From assembly GCF_036321535.1 (NCBI RefSeq), contig NC_087447.1, forward strand, positions 49,726,001 to 49,790,000: a DNA stretch of 64,000 bases, written 5' to 3'. Below are positions 37,849-51,041 of the stretch, in pieces. Position 1 is the stretch's first letter, and each line of letters opens with the position of its first letter. The stretch is from Camelus dromedarius (taxonomy: Eukaryota). The translations under genes were made by a program, and so were the position numbers. The notes under the pieces were generated by a model. That model did no database searches. It was not told where the DNA came from and was given only the letters and a program-made list of their open reading frames with translations.

Positions 37849-40800
37849 GCCTCCCATTTCAGTAGCTTTTTTTTTTAATGTGTCAGAAGATGGGGGTTGA
37901 GAAAGCAGGTCGATGGGTCCTCAGCAATCACCTCCAGAGTCCTGGTTGCAGTTCCAGAGTCTCAGGAACACTGCATCTAAGAGTCTTACTTCCTTGACCT
38001 CACCTTGCAAGACCATACCCTACTTCATGCAAACCAGATACTGGAGAACCCTGGCCTCTGGAGTAGCCCAAGGAGGGGCTTGTAGTCTCTTTAGGGAGCT
38101 CTTTTGTGGATAAAAATTCAGTAGTAGATTCTAGCTGAGCACAGGAGACCCAAGTTGTCAGGACTTCAGATGTCAGCTAATCCAACCCAAACCCCTAATT
38201 GAGTGTCAGTGGAGAAACAGACCTAGTGAGGGGAGGAGGAGGCCGAGGCCCACGGTCCCAGCACAGAGCGTCCTGGCAGGGAGCCAGGCATCCTGAGTAT
38301 CCCTGGGACCTGGGGCCTCCTCCTCCCCTCTGGGCCCAGATGCGGCATCCTTGGGACTGGGGATGTGAGTAGGGTGACTTCCCCACTCAAGGAGCCCCTA
38401 CAGGCTCTCACATCTCTGCCACCTCATTGGCGTCTGTCTAGCTCTCTAATAGATGTGCCAGGCACTGTTTGCTCCTTGTCCATAAAGTGTTTGGATTCCT
38501 CCCAATAATCCTAGATCATAACTAAGGTGGACGCTGAGTCTCAGACAAGGGTAGTGACTTTCAGGGTATCATAGCTGGTAGGAGTCAGAGCCAGAGTTTG
38601 AATCCCAAGTCTACTGACGCCAGTGCTTCCGTTCCAAGGCAGGGCAGCAGTTGTTATACCCATTATACAGGAGAGGAAACTGAGGCTCATTGGGTAATTA
38701 CCTCGCATTCACGCAGGTCTTTACTTTTTATGATGCTCTTGCTTATACATTATCTCACTTAATTCTCACAAGAATCTGGCGAGGTAGGTATTAACCCCAC
38801 TGGACAGTTGAGGAAACTGAGGCTTATACCGAAAGTGACTCACCAAGGCTGTACTTCCTGGAGCCCAGTTTCTCCTGATGCTCAGCCTCCTGTCCTCTGC
38901 ACCCTCTCCAGGCCAGCGCACCCCCTCCCCAGATGCCAGTAGCAAAGGAGGGTGGAGCAGGCAGTGTGGGCCATCCAGAGGCCTGACCAGGGCTGTCATG
39001 CGTGCTCCGGCCTCCCCGTGGCGGGAGGTCACAGGATCAGAGGGTCCTCTTGTCCCTCCCTCTAGCTTATTACCCCAAGTTATTTTTCTGCAGAGCTCCC
39101 CTCACTGACTGACCTTTCATCTTCTCCCTCCGTGGAACTTAAGCTCCCTCACAGGTGAGACTTGACCTGCTGCATTCACGGATGTTTCCCCAGTGGCTAG
39201 GACAGTGCTCAGCACTCGTAAGTGCTCCAGGCTTCAAGTCTGGTCCTCGTCTCCCCCCACCTCCTCCAGGAGGCCACTCTTGGCTACTTGAATCCTTTCC
39301 ATCTTTCCTGTTCTTGGCTTCAGTTTTGGGTAAATGGGTACCCGCACTCCTGGCTCATTGAGCATTCTAGGTTTGGGCCGGCCTCTTCGTAACTCCCTCA
39401 GAGTCTCTGTTCCAGCAGTTGCCCCCAACCCCGGCCTACTTTCCTCCTCTTCGCCACCCAGCTCTTGTCTTCTTGGCCCTGCTGAGGCCTCACCGCCTCC
39501 TTGGAGCCTCCCCTGCCACTACCCCCGCTCTGCTCCCCCTGCTCCTCACACGCAGGGTCATGGCCACACACATGTTGAAAAGCTGTGTTTGCTCCTCAGT
39601 TCCCCTTCCCACTCTGGTCAGTGGTGGAAGCCCTGACAAGTGCTGATCTCCTAACCGGCGCAGTCACCTAGCAATTCCGGGTGTACCTTACATGCATTGT
39701 TGTTTTCATTTAATTTTCCCCAGTCACCCTGTGAGGTGGGATTATCATCCTCACTTTACAGATGAGAAGCTAAAACTGAGATATGCTAAGTGACTTGCCC
39801 AAGGTCACAGAGCCATACAGGGGCAAGGCTGGCCCAGGACCCTTTCTCATACTGCGGGGACTGGAGCTCAGACCCTGCCCGCTCAGGAGGGTGTGAGAGG
39901 GAGCCCAGGAAACCCTGGTTTCACCAGTCCTGGGTACAGCCTCCCTGGGCCCTCTGCTATTGGGCGGGGAGGTGTTACACACCCATCCATACCCCCAGCC
40001 CTGGCCTGGGCCCTGGGACTGAGGGTGTTTAGCCCCGAGGGGAGCTTTGGCTGAGATCTTGCAGAAGCTTCTCGACTTGTGGGAGCACAGGGGTGGGGGT
40101 TCACGTTCCTTTAACAGCCAGTCTACAGGAGACTGTCCCCACGAGACTTGGGACATGGTTTGGGGCAGAGCAGGCAGCTCTCCCTTCACCAGGAGTGTGT
40201 TCCTGAAGTCTGGGTGTAGACTGGCTTGTGTAGTGGGGACCAGCCCTCAATAGCTTGGCATCATGGAAATGGTGATGGACTCAGAGCCCAAACACCTGCC
40301 TTGAGACCTGGCTCCCCTTCCCTGCCCTCAAGCAAGTGGTTTAACCTCTTTTGGCCTCACCTTGCCTCGGTTTCCACCTCTGTGAAACGGGGTTGCCCAT
40401 CCCTGCTGTGTCTATCTTCCCGGGGAGTGCAGAGGGACAGTGAACCCTCATACAGATGTTGGGGAGGGGAGGGGAGGGGATTCCTCTCTGGGGGTAAGAG
40501 TACTGCTCTGGGCCTCTCTGGCAGCTCCACCCTACCCTGCCCTCCCAAATCTAGGAGCACATGAGGTGTGTAAAATAAATGGTGGAATCGTTGGTGCCCT
40601 GGAATAGCTATTTGAATTGGCTATTAGGAACTTTTCTTCATAGAACAAGTCAAGTTACTCTATGACCTATCTCGTCTCCCTCCAGGAGTTAGGGACTCAT
40701 GCTCAAGGAGGGCAAGAGAGGCCCACTCCCCGCTGCCTACCTTGCCTCCAGGGTCCTCAGGAATGAGGCTGGGGGCTTTCCTGTCAGGCAGCTGAGTCTA

Positions 40801-43800
40801 ACTTGGGCATCCAGGCCTTAAGCTGCCTCTGGGGCTGATGGGTTTGTTCATTCATGCAGTAAACCTCTGTGAGCTCCTTCTCTCACAGATCTGGCCTGGC
40901 TCTGGCCACATGGATGAATCAGGTACCAACCCTGGCACCCAGGAGATGCTGGCAGAGGAGGAGGGCCAAGTAAATAGACACTGGCTGCAGTGGGGCTGGT
41001 GCGGAGAGGGTGTGCAGAGAATGTAGCATGCCCTTGGAGGCGGGGAAAGGGTGGTGAGGGAGCAGACTGGAGCAAAGACTTGGCCAGGTGCTGAGGCTCC
41101 CTGCCGGCCCCACCCGGGACTTGAGGACAGTCAGGCTGGGTATGATGGCAGTGGCAGTGGTGCCATCTGATTGCAGCATTGGCATCCAAACCAGCTTCTG
41201 CTGGACCCCTCCCAGCCATAGCCAGGGCAGAGGAGATGCTCACAACTGAGGGGTGAGGGCGGGCAATGACCTGGGGGTGCCTAGCTGCATCCTCCCTTTC
41301 CATCTGCCAGGCAGCCGTACCAGGGCTGTTGCAAGGTGGTGGGCCCCTACGTGGTGTCCTCGGGAGGGTGGACACCAGAGTCTGAGCAGTCAAAGAGCTC
41401 ATAGAATTCATCCTCCTCACCCCCATTATAGATGGGGAAACCAGAGCCCAGAGAGGTGAAGTGACTTGGCCAGGATAACACAGGAGTCAGTGGTACAACT
41501 GGGACTGGAAGCCCAAAGCCTGCTGCCACTTAACTCACTTCACAGGATGCCTGCTCCTGGTCTGCCCCTGTGGAGGAGAACAGGCCATTCATTTTCTCAT
41601 GTCCTCTCCCAACCTTCCCCTGCTTTTCTGTAGAGAGAAGAGAGAAGAAAGTTCGGAGGACCTACAGCATAGGGGTTAAACAGCAGCCCTGGAAGTTAGG
41701 CCTGAATTGAGTCCAACTCAGCCACCCTCTAGCTGAGTGACCTTGGCCATGTCACTTCCCCGGGCCTTTATCACCATGAACATGAAAGTGATGATGCCAG
41801 ACTCACAGGGCTGATGAGGAGCCAGGGTGCCTGTGGAATGCTCTGGAGGCCCCACAGCTGCCTGGGCCATGTGGGTTGCCTACCTGTCGCCCAGCCCTGC
41901 AGAGAGACAGCTGGGAGTGGGGGGCTGAGGGACAGCCAGAGCAGAGACCTGCTATTCCTCTCACTCAGCATACCTTTCTGAGTGTTGGCTCTGGGCCGGA
42001 CCCTGACAGACCACCGGGAACCCAGACGTGGATCAGACCCAGGCCCTTGGGCAGCTCCCATGGTGACGGGAGAGGGGACTGGTAATCAGCAGGTGGTACA
42101 GGGTGAGGGGCTGTGGGAGCCCTGTGGGAAGCCTCCATTCCTCCCTTATTTCTCTGCTCTGCTGGCCTCTGCTGGCTTCACCAACTGACAGGTTCTCTCC
42201 TGGTGGGTGGGGGGAGTGTAAGATGGCACCTGCTGCTTACACGCTTGCATGGGACTTAGGGTTGGTGATTCCAGAGAAGGAAAGACGACCACTCTCCAAG
42301 GTCTTGCCCTGTCTGGGTTTTGAAAGATGAGCTGCCTTATCTCATTGTCAGGGGGTCATCAGGTAGGCAAGGCAAGGAGCGGCTTTGTAGGCAGATGTTT
42401 CTTAGACTAGATATTAGGTGCCCAGGAGGCTTCTGCTGGGCCTGGGGTTCAGCATCATGGATAGGCCAGCTCCCAGGGCTGGGCTCTGTGCTCAGCCAGG
42501 TCGGGGTGGTGTGAAGGGAGAGTGGGCCCGAGTGGGCCCAGGCCTCAGGGACGCACAGTGGCAGCTCCCTCCCAGCTGCCCGCCCGCCCACAGGAACACC
42601 CAGCCCTCATCAGTGGACTTTGTGTTTCCCACTTGGTTGCAGAAGGGGTTGTGGGCGGGAGTTGGGATGAGGCAGGTGAGGACAGGCAGGGGAGTGCGGG
42701 AAAGCCTGGCTCTGGCCTACCTGCCCACCTGACCTGCCACTGTGTTGCTTGTACGAAGCCCTCCTTCTGCCTGGTTAATAGGGAGATGGTTGAACAAGAT
42801 GGTCTGCAGTTCCTGCCACCTTGACTGTATGTAACTGTGAGAGATCTGTAATAAGCTTAGCACACAGGTTTGGATTAGGAAACAGGGAAGAAGTTTTAGG
42901 TCTTTTCAGTTGTTCTGATGGGGAATATGTCACCAATGTGGAATTACTGTGTGCACCCTGTCCCCCGCAAAGTGGAGAACGACATGTAGTGAGTGTGACT
43001 GGTTGGTTGGCCCTGACCCAAAGCCAGGGGCTGGACAGCGAGCCCTTTCCTCAAGCATTCTTCGGGGCCTGTTTGCAGTAGGAAGTGATCAAGTCATGCC
43101 CTCCCCTCCATTGCCTTTCTTCCCTGCCCCGTGGAAGGTGGAGGCCCCCAGCTCCTCCCTGTACACCCCCCACTCCAAACTTGCCCTACCTGACACTTTG
43201 GACTGAGTGTGTTCGTAAAATGCAGACTTCGATTCAGTAGCTCCTGGCTGGGGCTCCAGGCCGTGCATTCATAAGCAGCTCCCAGACCTGACTTTGAGCA
43301 GGAAGGTGCCGGAGTATATTCTGTCTTCTCTCGAGCCAGGGCACCCAGCCTGCCCCAGACCCGGTGCGGGGACCCGCCTGCCACGGTCCTTTCTTCCCTC
43401 CCTCCTGCACAGCTCCGGAGGCAGAGCCAGGGGATAACTTGGCGGGCCGACCCTTAGATTCGGGGTTCAGGCCTTGGCCTCACTTCCCTCCCCACTGTAC
43501 TCACCCAGTGCACTCTCCCTGCTGCTGAGCACGGGCCACCCTTGGACCTGCTGTGTCCTGTGGGCAGAGGCCTTTGCATTCGGCACTTGCTGTGCCCTAA
43601 GCAGAGGGCAGGAATCCTGGGTTCCAGCTCTGGCTGTATCACCTCCTGCTTGGGCAACCAGTGCTCCTCTCCTCAGCTTCCCCAGTGGTTCTGTTGGGCT
43701 ACACTAGATGACCCCAGAGGGCCCTCAGTCTCCAGGGTGGGATGTTGGGAAAGTGTGGAGGTGGAAAGGGCTATGATGGTAGGATATTCGCATAGAGGGC

Positions 43801-45407
43801 AAACGAGCAGTTTGGCCCAACCTCTGGAGTGCCTCTGTGGCCCAGCCTCTTCCTTCGCTTTTGTGAGTTCACATCCTGCCACTTCCACTCCAGTTATGCC
43901 TGTGGTGTGTCAGATGCTACTGAGCACCCAGTATGTGCTGTGCCCTGGGGATGTGGCAGTGCGCCTGGGAGGTCTCACCTGGGGTCACATGGTGAGTGGA
44001 ATCAAGGTTTGTACTGGGATCTGACTCTTCTGCAGTACTAAGCCCCTTCCCTCTGCTCCATTAGACCAGGCGAGGGCGACAGGACTGCTGTGTCTCCCTT
44101 GAGGCCTGGCATTATCCACATGCCTCCTGAAAGTTAAAGGAATTGTCAGCTTTCAGCAGATGAAGGTTGTGTCCCTTTCTAAACTCTGCTGTGACCTTGC
44201 CGCTCTGCAGAGTTTGAAGAAATAAAAAGGCTTGAGTGTAAGCCCTTAAACCCCTCTCCTTCCTACTTCCGCAGTAGGTCGGGGTGAAAGGTCAGAAGGC
44301 CCTCAAGGACCAGATTGTGACTCAGTGAGGAGCCTTGCAGAGTGGGTGGTGTGAAGGGATGTTTGACCAGCACACAGCTGGCACTTGGTAAAGCTGTGTT
44401 GAGTGAAGGGCACGTAGTTGGAGCTCAGTAGCTGTTGGGCTGGAAGGGGCACACTCCCTCAGTCCAGCTGCCAGAAAACTGGGGTCTGGATCAGGAATGT
44501 GGCCCATGCTCTTCCCCAGTGCTGCCTCTCCTGCAGCCACCAGGCTTTCTGGTCCCTCCACCCTTCAGCCATGGGAGTCAGGGCATCATCCTGGGGACAC
44601 AGCCACAGAGCCAATTAAGTGGGCACATCTTGTCCTAACTTATAGGCTCGGCACTTGCTTGGTAGCAAATGTAATTGCAGCCGTCAGTGTCCCAGGCTGC
44701 CCGAAGCTCCCTGACCACTGAGTCCTTTGGGGAAGCAATGATTCCTGGCTGGTTCCTCTCTGGGCCCCAGCTTTGGGCACTGAGATGAAGCTGAAGGTGT
44801 GAGTCCTCTGAAGGTGGTAGTCCTCTGAAGGTGGTAGTGGTGGTGCTGGGGGTAGGGACAAGAGGGCTCAGCTGCCTAGGAAAGGATATCAGTCCTGGAG
44901 GTAAAGGGGTGGGGGTGGGCCAGGGATTGGGGGTGCCCAAAGTACACTTGGAGGGGAAAAAAACATTGCAAATTGGATGTTGAACCTCTGTCCTTGGCCT
45001 CACAGACACAGATAGCAAAAGTTAAATATTTGTACTAGATCCAGTTAAAGGATAAAGAGAGGAATCTGATTGGGGTGGAGGGGAGTGGAAAGAACTGGCA
45101 ACTGTGGCGAGCCTCCCCCCACCTCTTTGGATACCCTATATGGTCTCCAAAATTACTCTTTGAGAGGGACGTCATTCCTGTTGGGTATAAACATAGCAAC
45201 TGGGGCACAGGGAAGCAAAGCATGTGAACAGCCCAGAATTACAAAGCTCTTGTGAGGTAGGGCTGGGATGTGAGCCCGGGTCTGCCTGATTTTGTGGACC
45301 ATGCTCCTCTCACATCTAGGAAGGTACCTCTGGGAGGTGGGTTGGTGTTGGGGACTCTGAAGCTGGAGGGAAGATGGCAACAGGCTGATAGCTCCCCTCT
45401 GTCACAG

Positions 45408-45536
45408 GCACTGGCTCCAGCATCCTCTCCGCCCTCCAGGACCTCTTCTCCATCACTTGGCTCAATAGGTCCCAAGTTGAAAAGCAGCTACAGGTCATCT
45501 CGGTGCTACAATGGGTCCTGTCTTTCCTCGTGCTGG
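45408..45536 (+). CDS. DGAT2: DGAT2 exon 2 (TGSSILSALQDLFSITWLNRSQVEKQLQVISVLQWVLSFLVL)
   Basis: Acceptor ctctgtcacag|45408 and donor 45536|gtaagc; 129 nt. Confidence 0.96.
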
Positions 45537-48500
45537 GTAAGCTGGGGCTTAGAGGGCGAGGGCAGGCAGGGGCCACCTCCCCAACAGAGGTGGGAGCAGA
45601 ATCTCTGCTCTGCAGGGGTGAGGGATAAACACATCCTCCCACTTACCATCTTTTGGGTCCCCGATCAAGTGCTCTACCCCACGCATGCATGAGATTCAGT
45701 GGGAGGTGATGGTATGGTTCCAGTTTTACGGATAGAAAGCCCAAGTCTCAGAGAAGGTAAGTAACTTGTCCAAATTCACACAGATTTGAATCCAGGTCCA
45801 TAGGACCCCCAAAGCCTGTGCTTTTCCCTCGTGCCACCCTGAAACATTTTCCAGCAGATGGTATGGTCCTGGGATTGAGTTCCGACTACCACGGAGAAGC
45901 TTGACCACTTAACACAGGTTCCTTGGATTTCTGAAAGTTACTTTCCTTGTTTCAGATAGAGAAAATGCTCCCTACTTCACATGGCTTTTGTGGGGATTGG
46001 AGATCAGGAATAAGAGCACACAGCCCAGGGCCAGGTCATGGTGGGCCCCCAGGATAGAGGAGCTGCTGCTGGGAAGGCCTTCAGAGCCCCCTCCCAGGCC
46101 TCACCCACCTTCTGCTTGACACGGTCCCCAGCTGCTTCACATGGCCTGTTCAGTGCTTCTCCCATCTCTCTCTCAGCACCTCCCACGTCACTGCAGGTCC
46201 AGGTTGGTGCCCCAACTCCCTGGGTGGCCATCCAGCCAGGGTCAGGTCACCGTGGGCTGTCTGGGAGGAGGAAAGGCCCCTTGCCTGGGACAGCCCTGCT
46301 CTCCCAGGAGCCTCTCCTCTCTCCCAGGCCCACGTCCTCAGCATAAGTGGCTTCCCCAGCACGTCAGGGCAGATAAACCTGCTGCAGAGCATCCCACAGG
46401 ACATTCCAGGGCCTGTGGGTGCATCCCTCTGGGCATCCCCCTCTTCAGGATGGTCCAGGCTGATGGGGATTGCCAGAAGCTATTGTGTCAGCCCTGAGCC
46501 TTGTCCTCCCAGAAGGCACACAGTTTCCAGGGTGGCAGCTGCCCCCCTTCCCTTGGCAGGGTAGAGAGCAAGGATGGGGTGCTATTTATCGAGCCCTCTC
46601 AGTGAACCAGGCACTCGATGTGTCTTTCCTTGATTTCTCACTTCACGGGTGAGGAGGTGGAGACTCGCGAGGCTCTGTGACTCTCTGAGACAGTGAAGAT
46701 CATTAAGGGGCAGAGTTAAGAATTACATGGAAGCCCAGAGCACTCACCAGGGAGCCCAGCTGACTAGGGAGCGCAGAATAGTGGTCCTGGTCTGAAATAG
46801 CCAGTCTTCCCCTTGTGGCCCAAGAGTGGGTTTTAGGGTTGGGGGAGTCCATGAACTTCTAAAATTAGATGCAAAATTATATGTGAAAGTATATGCACAT
46901 TTTTCTGGGGTGAGGGGCAATTGCTGTCCTCTTATTTTTACAGAAACACGTGGCCTCAACAGGATAAAGAAACCCTGCTCTGAGGAACAGAGTGAACTAA
47001 ACTAACTTCCTCAACTCAAACCCCCAACTTGGCTTTTTTTTTTTTTTAGAGTCCTGGACTAGAGAGCACAATGTAACCCCTCCATTTTCAGAGGAAGCAG
47101 GGGCCCAGTGAAGGTCAGAATCACATGAGAAAGAAGTAATAGGACCAGAACAAGACCCCATGGACTCCAGCCTCCAGGCCCCGGCCTAGTCTGCTGCGCC
47201 AGCTCCCTTAGTCCCTGCTTGCACCTGGAAGCCACCCCTACCCGCCACACTGTCTTAGTGGGTCCAAGCTTGGCTGAGGGGGAGCTGAGCGGCTGGCTGG
47301 TAGAACCCCACCCCATGCAGCAAGCAGAAGGGGCTGGCCCCGAGCTGTGGGTTAACAATTGATCAAGCCCAGCCACAGCCCAGAAACTGGCCCAGCATCT
47401 TCCCAACACCCTTGTGTAGGTGGGAGCCAAGCCTAGTTGGACAGGCAGGTCTGCTGAGCTGCTGCTAATTATTGTCCCGAGCAGCCCCAGCCACTCCCTC
47501 CCACTTTTCCCCAACCAGATTTACTGGCAAGGGCTTACCTGGTGTTGCAAAGGCCGCTGTGGCCCCATCAGCATCCCTATGAAACAGAGTGACTCACCAC
47601 CATTTTTGTGCATGGATCCCCCTGGCATCCTGGTAAAGGCTATAAACCTTTCTCAGTGGTTTTAAATGTGTAATACATCAAAGGAAATCAATGATATTAA
47701 AATATAAATATGCACGGATTAAGAAATCAAATTAGACATAGATTGACACGTGTGCTTTTTAAAATTATTACATTAAATAAAAAGATCCAGCAGCAGAAAT
47801 AGTCATTACCAGAATTCGTAAGTGGTGGAGAAAATGATTTTTCAAGATATATGGAAACACCTTTGTTTTCTATTGTTGTCACCGTCAACAGGTACCACTA
47901 GGACTACTGCGATCTGGTACGTTCCTAAACAAAGGAAGCAGTATATATTCATAAGAGATGGGTGAAGATGAGGATACCATTTTTTCCCCATTCAAGTCCA
48001 TGGATTTCTAGTTTGGACACTTATCGTTGTGTTAAGTCCTCTTCATCCATCATCTCATGTAATCTTCTTGACGCCCTGTTGGAAATTGAGGCTCATGGAT
48101 GGGCCATGTGTGTGGCCAGCGAGCAGCAGGGCCCCAGCTTCAGGAAGAGCACCTCCAGGCTCTTCACAGCCCCAATGCTGCCTCCTTGCCACTGAGCAGC
48201 CACAGGTGGCTGTGGGCTGGTGGGCCTCGGGGAGCAGAGTTTTGAATCACAAGCTGGACCCTGATGTGTGGGGAGGGGTGATTGTGAAGGTGGTCCTGAG
48301 CCTTCCACATGTGGAGACACAAGCTGTTGGCATCTCATGGCCCCATTGGAGTTGGTTCCTGCTGCAGCCCCCCAACCTCTGAGGAGGGAGCAGGGAGCAG
48401 GGAGCACATTGTTTAGAGGCCCGGGATTAGACTCTGAGAAAGGAAGGTTGTTTGGTGGGTTTAGTTCATTTTTTGCTCAATAAACCTTTGCTGTATTGGT

Positions 48501-50479
48501 TGCCAGGGCTGGAGAAGTTCATCTGACCTGGTTCCAGCTCCCAGGGAGCTCAGGGGCTGAAAGACTATCTGATGGAAGGAGTCTGAAGGGGGAGACAGAA
48601 AGCAAGACAGATGCTGGGGGCTGTGGACATACAGGGGCTGGAGGAGTGAGCCCGCCAGCTGAGGGGGACTAGAATGCAGTCTCTGAATCCTCAGTCAGTT
48701 CTCTTTTCTTCCTTCCAGACTGCATTAGCACCAGAGTGAGGACAGTCAGTAGGGATTCCCACCTTCCTGGAGAGCCCAGATATCTAGGCAGTGGGTCCTG
48801 GGGCTCAGCCTCCTCTGGTCTCTCTACCCATCAGCAGAGTAAGGGGTTTGATAGCAGTTAGGTACCCAGCCTACTCAGACCCTAGCCTGAACCTCAGGGC
48901 CCCACCTAGGCCCACCTGGAGCATCCATCTAACCTCTGAAGGCACTTAGATACCTGTGGGGTCTAGGGGACTAGAGTGACCTTTATTTGAGGCCTAAAAA
49001 CAGGGACCAGAGGCAGACTGTTCAACAATATGAGTGACTTTGTAAATTCACCAAGCTGCCTCAAGTACTTCACAGTTTGCCTTTAACAAAGTTTTGTGGG
49101 TTGCAAATCTGCCCTAGAGACTCATTTTCCCTATCTGTGACGTCCCACTCCTAAGTGTGAAAACTGGACACCTGGCCACTCTGTGTCACTGCCCCTCCCA
49201 AGAGAGTTGTACCACTTTTAGCTGCCTTAGAGGGAGGCTGGCTCAGAAGCCTAGAACAGGACTGGATTGTGAATGACAAGGGACTGCATTTTCCTGCCTT
49301 TTGACTCATGGGGAGTCTGTGTCTGGCTCTCCCCTCTCCCTCGGGAAACCAGAAGAGGCTGAGCACAGTGGGGAGAAGAGAGCGTGGAATCCAGAGCCAG
49401 GCAGCCCCAGAGCACCATGACCAGTGCAGCGCCCAGCAGAGGGTGGGCCTGCAACACGGGCTGACTTCTCTCGTGGGCTATGGGGGGGGATGCTGGACTG
49501 AGGCCATGCTTCTACCAAGCATGAGGACCTGTTGCCCCAGTGCTGTGCTGGGTGACAGGAAGCAAAGAAGATGTGGCCTCCTAGGTGGAGAATTCAGAGG
49601 TGAGAGATCCCTGTGGGAGGATGATATACTGGAGAACAGTTCTTGAAGAGATGAGGTCTGAGCTAGGCCTGAAGGTTGGGTAAAAGTTGGAAAGATAGAA
49701 ACCCTGATGAGGGCTTCTGTGCCAGTTTATTCAGCCTCATGGCCAGCAGGCCCAGAATGAAGGGACCACTGGAAGCTGGCCCCAGAGGGTCTTCTAGATG
49801 TCTTACTGGGGGGTTGAGAGAGGAGCTGCCTGGCGCTCCTCCTGGGGCAGGAATCCCACTCTCTCAGATCCCTCTAGGGGCAGTCTGGGGGTTGTAATTT
49901 TTGGTCAGCTTCTAAAATCTAAAATTATGGGCTTAATGATCAGACTTTAGTTTGAGTCCTGGCTCTGCCTATTGGATGACCTTAAGCAAGTTACCACCTC
50001 CTAGAGCCTCAGTGTTCTCATCTCTGAAATGGGATAAACGCCACCATGCCTCTCACTTGAGCCAGTGACTCAGCCCAAGTCTTGAGAGGCAGAGGCCCTT
50101 GGTAGGTCCCTCCCCTTGTCCACAGTAACTATGCTGGGCACTAGGGTGGGGAGAATGTGCAAGGAGGGGGCAGAAAGGACGGCTCTAAGGACAGCTTCAC
50201 AAGCAGCTGATGTCCACATTCTCCGGCATTGCTGTCCAGACATGGAGCCCACGTGCCTCTCGATGCCAGGACAGCCTGTCAGAGTCTAGGAAATGAGGCT
50301 TGTGTCCCTGTGAGCCTCCTGTGCCTGCAGGCTCCCTCTGCCCGTGTCCCCAGCTGTGCCTAGCTCAGTGCCACAGTAAACACTCACTCGGTTGCTCGGT
50401 GAGCCTTTGTTCGGGGTGGGAGACTGAAGCCCACCTGGGGAGGACAGGCCTGACCTGGGACCATCTGCCTCCCCACCAG

Positions 50480-50587
50480 GAGTGACCTGCAGCATCCTCC
50501 TCGTGTACACATTCTGCACTGATTGCTGGCTCATCTCCGTGCTGTACTTCACCTGGTTGGTGTTTGACTGGAACACGCCCAAGAAAG
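50480..50587 (+). CDS. DGAT2: DGAT2 exon 3 (VTCSILLVYTFCTDCWLISVLYFTWLVFDWNTPKK)
   Basis: Acceptor ctccccaccag|50480 and donor 50587|gtcaga; 108 nt. Confidence 0.95.
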
Positions 50588-50970
50588 GTCAGAGCATGGG
50601 TTACCTTGCCCCCAGCCCCTCACCCTCGTGTCACTCCCTCCTGTACCGGCTGAAGTTCCTCATTGTGGGTGCTGCCCCTTTTAAATTAGCACATACTATG
50701 TGAAAAGCACTGGGCTAAGCCAGGGTGTAGTTTTGGATGAAGGGGTTATAGTGCCTCAAAAGTCACCATCCTGGTCCTCGCTGGAGCTCCCACTCAATCC
50801 AGGGTTTGCATAACATGAGGGAATGAACGTTGAAAGGGGCCCAGGAGGAAGAGGGGAGGATGCCGCATAGGGTGGTGGTCACCTAATTCAGGAGTTCACA
50901 CTGACTCTGCCCAGACGTCACCCTCCCCCACTCCTACTCCTTCCCAACACTGTGTTTTGTACCTTGGAAG

Positions 50971-51041
50971 GTGGCAGGAGGTCACAGTGGGTCCGAAACT
51001 GGGCTGTGTGGTGCTACTTTCGAGACTACTTTCCCATCCAG
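50971..51041 (+). CDS. DGAT2: DGAT2 exon 4 (GRRSQWVRNWAVWCYFRDYFPIQ)
   Basis: Acceptor accttggaag|50971 and donor 51041|gtaaag; 71 nt; YFP motif. Confidence 0.95.

Noticed and set aside
45754..45762. Consensus donor AAG|GTAAGT 220 nt past the exon 2 donor
   Set aside because: It falls within a MIR whose consensus is already donor-like, and there is no supporting exon evidence.
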